Positions 58,301-64,000 of a DNA stretch of 64,000 nucleotides are shown in pieces. The position numbers were made by a program, and so were the translations under genes. Below the pieces are notes generated by a model. That model saw only the letters and a list, made by a program, of their open reading frames with translations. It had not been told where the DNA came from and searched no databases. Each line of letters starts with the position of its first letter. Position 1 is the stretch's first letter. Source of the stretch: Octopus vulgaris (taxonomy: Eukaryota); the NCBI GenBank assembly GCA_951406725.2, contig OX597838.1, positions 2,480,001 to 2,544,000 on the forward strand, given 5' to 3'.

Positions 58301-58617
58301 TGAAGACCGAGACGTTCGCAGCAGACGTGCAGAATTAAAGATGGTCCTATTTGTGCGTGTTTAAACACAATCTTCAATTATAGAACTTTTTTTTCATTAG
58401 GTTGTCCTGTTCGAAGAAGCTCTGTCTAATACCAATACACAGCCCGCGGGACTATTGCTTAATGCCCCTTCCGCTTCAATAACGAATTAAATAGACTTAA
58501 TTCATATTAGATCTTTAACAGATATTTGTATACATACATACTTACATACATACATGTATACATATATATTAACATTCTTATATATATGTTCGTGTGTATT
58601 GTGTGTGTGTGTGTGTG

Positions 58618-58660
<43 letters not shown>

Positions 58661-59318
58661 GCAGTTATATTCAACAATTTGGTGTTATTTAGATTGGCTT
58701 ATATGCAATCTAAATAACGCAATGTTAAATTTCGCTTTCTTAATTATGGTGTTACTGATAACGACAACGTCTCCTACCAATAGCCAATGCTAAGAGTCTA
58801 AAATGTGAGGAAATATTTGGCATTAAGACCTACAAAAAATGGAGGTTCGTCGCTTGGCTACTTTCATTTTTGTCTCACCATTTAACACCGTAGGAGAATG
58901 TAGTAACCTTATTATTTAAATATTAAATACAGTGTGTCTTTTAAACAATAAAATATATTTTATTTTATCGCAATTTTATATATATATGTCGCAGTATCAC
59001 CATTTTATTCACATGTAACCAAGCAGCTACACTGCGCTGATAAAGTATAATAACCCAGACACAAGCCCAGAGATGTTTTGCTCTTGATGGGAAAATATAA
59101 GGACACTGATAAGTGTTGTATAGCCAGCTACAAACGATGCTTCCTGGGGCTAAAACAACAGTAACATCGTCCTCTCCAGCACAACCCCTTTATGTTGGCA
59201 AATATCCTTTACTTTAAAGAACTGTTATTGGATGTCTCTCATTGACAGGTTTAGAAATTATAGATATATTTATATATAGATAGATAGATAGATAGATACA
59301 CACAAACACACATATATG

Positions 59319-59350
<32 letters not shown>

Positions 59351-59474
59351 TGTATGTATGTATGTATGTATGTATGTATGTATGTGTGTGTGTATGTATG
59401 TATGTATAAAAGCATATATACAAACAAATATATATATACGTACGTGAATACAGACATCTATATTTCACGCTCAA

Positions 59475-59562
<88 letters not shown>

Positions 59563-59566
<4 letters not shown>

Positions 59567-59720
59567 TAAAATCAGTAAGATAACAAAAGAAAGAAAGAGA
59601 CCTCAATATTATATAAATAGAGGAAATTTATCTGAAAAATAATATGTGTCAATTATTCGGTAACCAAGATAAAACTCTGAGTTTCGGATGCCGAGGTGGA
59701 AATCCACAACACCATCTCTT

Positions 59721-59722
<2 letters not shown>
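59563..59722 (-). mobile_element. Second copy of the 27567 pLTR-like element, in (TA)n within the Kv intron
   Basis: It shares ccaagataaaactctgagtttcggatg...aaatccacaacaccatctcttc and the reverse complement of the 27700-27780 tail. Confidence 0.8.
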
Positions 59723-59755
<33 letters not shown>

Positions 59756-60636
59756 AAATACAAAATGGGACAAGAACGCAAAACATCCGGACAACTAGGT
59801 GATACAAAAAGGGACAACAAAACATGCAGATAGACGATACAAAAAAACAAGGACGGGTCAGAGAGAGAGAAGGACATATATAGAAATGCCAAACAAGCGT
59901 ATATGTACATTTCTGTGGATTTATTTTGTATGCATATGATGGTGCTGCAAAGCAGTAACTTCAGCTGCTAGTAATAGCAGTTATCTCGTCCTCATATATA
60001 GGACCCAACCATCTAAAAGCAACTGATGGACACATTAGATTATATGAGAATGGAAAACTTGAAGCGAGAAAATCAGATCCACCTTTGGTTATGGACCATT
60101 CCTATTAATGCTGAAATTTGGCTAAATATACTACAATAACAAAAAGCAAAATAGCACTGAATATAATAATAGTATAATATATTTTCTAGTTCTTTCTACC
60201 ATCAATTTTCCGTAAATTCCTGTAAATATTCCTTAATATGTTTTTAAAGTTCTCTTTTACAGAAATATAGTTAACATAACGCCACTTCCGCTCTATGTCG
60301 GCCATTTTTAGTTATTGTTTTCCATTTTGTCTCTCTTTTCCTCATCAAAACCACCATTGTTTTCTTTGATATCTAAGTTTTTTTTTATTATTTAAATTCT
60401 ATTTTCCTATTGCAATCTTACTGCTCTCCTTTTTTCGTAATTCTTTGTCTGTCTTCTTTTTTGTAGCACACATACACCGCCCCGCCCACACACACACACA
60501 CATATACATACACATGCGAGCGCGCGTACCTACACTCACCGATATGCAGATTCTTCGTTCGTTCTTTTTCTCATTTTCTATCTCTCTCTCTCTCTCCTTA
60601 TATATATATATATGTGTATGTGTTGTGTGTGTGTGT

Positions 60637-60685
<49 letters not shown>

Positions 60686-61556
60686 ATTTGGAAGTGTATA
60701 TGTTTCTACTGATAAGTTTTGTATTGATCAATAACCGATGCATATTTTGTATAAATGTGTTTGCACCGGTGTCTGTGTGTCCTTGTATCTGTTTATGTGT
60801 TTCTTTGTTTGTTTGTTTGATCCTTTGTGTATGTGTGTGTGTTATTTATGGAGTTTTTTTTAATTCCTTCTGCAAAACATTTAAATATCTGTCAAACTTT
60901 TCAAACTTTTGAATAAGCATCATTCACCCATATTTAAATATGCATACACAGGCGCGTACATATATATGTGTGTGTGTACACAGACATGCACACGCACACG
61001 TACACATACACACATATGCACACGCGCAGATACACACACAGACTCATACTGAACACTATATTTATACACAAAGCCAAACATGTATGTGTGTTTATGTACG
61101 TTTGTATCTGTATGTGTTTACGTAGGTTTGTATCTGTATGTATTTATAAAATGTTAAATTAAGGTTACTATTTTAAAGCAACTTTAAGAATAACATCGGG
61201 ACATTGACGGATGAGGAAACTGACAACTGGATGGAGAATGAAATTTATTTGAAATTCGTTTTAATTGGAACTTTGAATTTATGTTAAACTAAAGCTTTTG
61301 ACGGTTTTTCTTCCGACTCTTCACTTTCGATGTTCAAATTCCGTATTTGCATTTTATCGTTCTTAGGTTCGTTGTTCGAAACCCGGCAGGGTGTTGTGGT
61401 CTTGAGTGTTGCTCCATTCCACTCAACTGCCAAAAATGAATGGTACCTGTAATGCAAAGGGCCAGCAATTGTCATATTCTGTTTTAGGCTGAATCACCCT
61501 TTGAACTACGTTAAGGATACACGTGCCTGTGTAGTACTCAGCCTGTTGCAATTTAA

Positions 61557-62010
61557 CCCGATGACAACGGGTTATTTCTCAGGCAACTAGGTTGCACTGA
61601 CGGTGAACATCTCGAACGAGATCAGCAATTAGCCCACAACCAACGGCTTTAAAGCATGCGCTGTTTATTTCTGTAAACTTTCATCACTGCGAGGCTTCAA
61701 CGAAACTACGGTAACTGGATGCGACTGTAAATTCCGTGAAGAACCAGAAGAATTTGCTGAACGTGTACAAATTTGATGGGAGGTCATAGTGGAAATTGCA
61801 GTGTGACCGCCAAAGCTGCTGCTTTTCTATTATTATGGTGATGAATTCTGGAACTGCGTTGGAAGTGTTTATATGAAGATTCTAATAAATATATCAGAGT
61901 CCTCTATTATCGATTCCGTGAATGATAGCGAATATTTATATCAAACGGTACACAAACGGGTACAAAACCGCAGTCGATAGGGCTACGTATATTTTTGTGA
62001 CGTTACTGGG
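61557..62010. mobile_element. Non-autonomous piggyBac-like insertion (TTAA target duplication, CCC...GGG ends) inside a SINE
   Basis: The structure is TTAA(61553-56)-CCC...GGG-TTAA(62011-14). Removing it restores the SINE sequence seen uninterrupted (reverse strand) at 31600-31645. TIR similarity beyond CCC is weak. Confidence 0.65.
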
Positions 62011-62181
62011 TTAATTTCACGAGCTGGCTGTTCTGTTGATCAGATCAACTGGGACACTCATCGTGGTAACCGACGGAGGATCTCTTTTTCTGTTTTGACA
62101 TAATAAATAACATTTCACTAATCCTTCGCTCAAAATTTGTTGGTCAAGATTTGATACAATTATCATTATTGAGGCGATTAA

Positions 62182-62570
62182 AAGGCGGCAAGCTGGCAGA
62201 ATCGTTAGCATGCCGGACAAAATGCTTGGCGGCATTTCATCTGTCTTTACGTTCTAAGTTCAAATTCCGCGGGGTCAAATTTTCCTTTCATCCTTTCGGG
62301 GTCAATAAAATAAATGCCATTTAAGCACTGGGATCAATGTAATCGGCTGGCTGCCTCCCTCGAAATTGCTGGCCTTGTGCCAATTGCAGAAATGATTATT
62401 AATAAGGGGATTAACTGCAGAAAGGATTATTAAAGCGATTAACTGCCAAAAACGTTAACCTTTCGAAGAAGATGCTTAACAAAGTTTCTTACGTCTCTTT
62501 ATGTTCTGAGTTCAAATCCCGACGGGGTCGATTTTGATTTTCATTCTTCTGATATCGATAAAATAGGAAA
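62182..62570 (+). mobile_element. SINE family A copy plus a decayed partial copy
   Basis: aaggcggcaagctggcagaatcgttagcatgccggacaaaatgctt...tttcatcctttcggggtcaataaaa. Confidence 0.85.
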
Positions 62571-62596
62571 GGGGGAGACAAACAGAGAGGCAGACA

Positions 62597-62656
<60 letters not shown>

Positions 62657-62719
62657 GACAGACAGGCAGATAGATAGATAAATAGATAGACAGACAGACA
62701 GACAAACAGGCAGACAAAC

Positions 62720-62822
<103 letters not shown>

Positions 62823-63064
62823 CAGATAGATAAATAGATAGATTGATAGATATATATATAGAGAGAGTGATAGGTAAATGGATGGATAGATAGATAGACC
62901 TATACATAGACATTTTTTCGAATTAGATAAGTTGTAATTAAATTAAATTGATTTTTCGAACGCAAAATGAAATAATTACTTAAAAGACACCAAAGCAGGC
63001 ACACAAACGCATACACAGACATAGACACACTCACACATAGGCACACGCACACACGCACACAGGG

Positions 63065-63104
<40 letters not shown>

Positions 63105-64000
63105 GCAAGCACACACACACGCAAGCACACACACGCATATATACATATATATATATATATGTGCGTCTTCTCATATACTGATGTATCCACATATATAAAC
63201 ATACAGAGGTGAATGAATACCAAGATATACACATACATACACCCATGCATTCATGTATGCACTATTTATATATATTTGCGTGTGTATGTGTGTGTGTCTG
63301 TGCGTTCGTGCATGTGTGCTCGCGCGCCTGCACACACGGAGTCACACATTCGCATGCGCATATGTATGAATGCATATACATGCATATATATATTTGTGTG
63401 TGTATGTGTATATATATATGTTTGTGTATGTGTGTATGTGTATATGTGTGTGTGTGCATATGTATGCATATATATGTATATATATATATATAGGTGGTTG
63501 TATGAGTACAATAGCAAGAGCTGGTGTGTGTAAGTGTTGTAGACTAGAAATTATATAGATTATCCACATTAACGGAAGACAACAAACAGGAATCCTCCAT
63601 GTTTGAAATTTAATTAAAGCTGAAAGCACCAATCAGAGTTGACCATCCAACTATTGCAGTTCTTTAGCTCCTTATTGATTGGTTCAATATCATACTATAC
63701 TGATGGTGGTGGTCGAGATAGTGATCGCAATGGTGGTGGATGCGTGGTGTAGCGGTGATGGTGATGCTGATGGTGATGATGGTAGTGGGTTGTCAGCTTG
63801 GTCTAGCTTCATTGCTACTGTTGATGGTGCAGTCGGCGGTGGTGGTCGCGGTGGTTGCTGTGTTGCATCGTTTGAGGGGGTGAGAGTAGTTGGTGGTGGT
63901 GGTGATGGATGCTGTGGGTAATCGTGGTGGGGGTGGAGGTGGGGGTGATGGTAGTGGTGGCAGCGGTAGTTATGGACATGGTTGAAGTGGCAATATTAGT

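Overview
AT-rich, microsatellite-saturated animal DNA. The repeat landscape suggests an Octopus (coleoid cephalopod) genome; this is inferred from repeat content only. Nearly all of the six-frame ORFs are translated simple repeats. The only host coding sequence I can support is a large terminal exon (57015-56062, minus) encoding S1-S6 and the C-terminus of a Kv3/Shaw-type voltage-gated K+ channel with a non-canonical S6 gate (TVP instead of PVP). Its T1-domain exon must lie beyond the window end. The rest is mobile DNA: several tRNA-derived SINE families, a nearly intact 5'-truncated R4/Dong-like RLE LINE in (TAA)n, nested CR1-group LINEs, a decayed Tc1/mariner, a Neptune-like Penelope element with inverted pLTRs, a 425-bp fold-back element and a TTAA-flanked piggyBac-like insert. 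Two observations stand out. First, two copies of a composite [28S rRNA domain V fragment]-(TA)n-[63-nt tail] share a fixed 3' end and differ in 5' length, and one interrupts an old LINE ORF, which makes it a candidate 28S-derived retroposon. Second, about ten hammerhead-ribozyme-like motifs, mostly with palindromic helix III, sit in several unrelated short Penelope-like, often fold-back, elements mostly embedded in (TA)n tracts.
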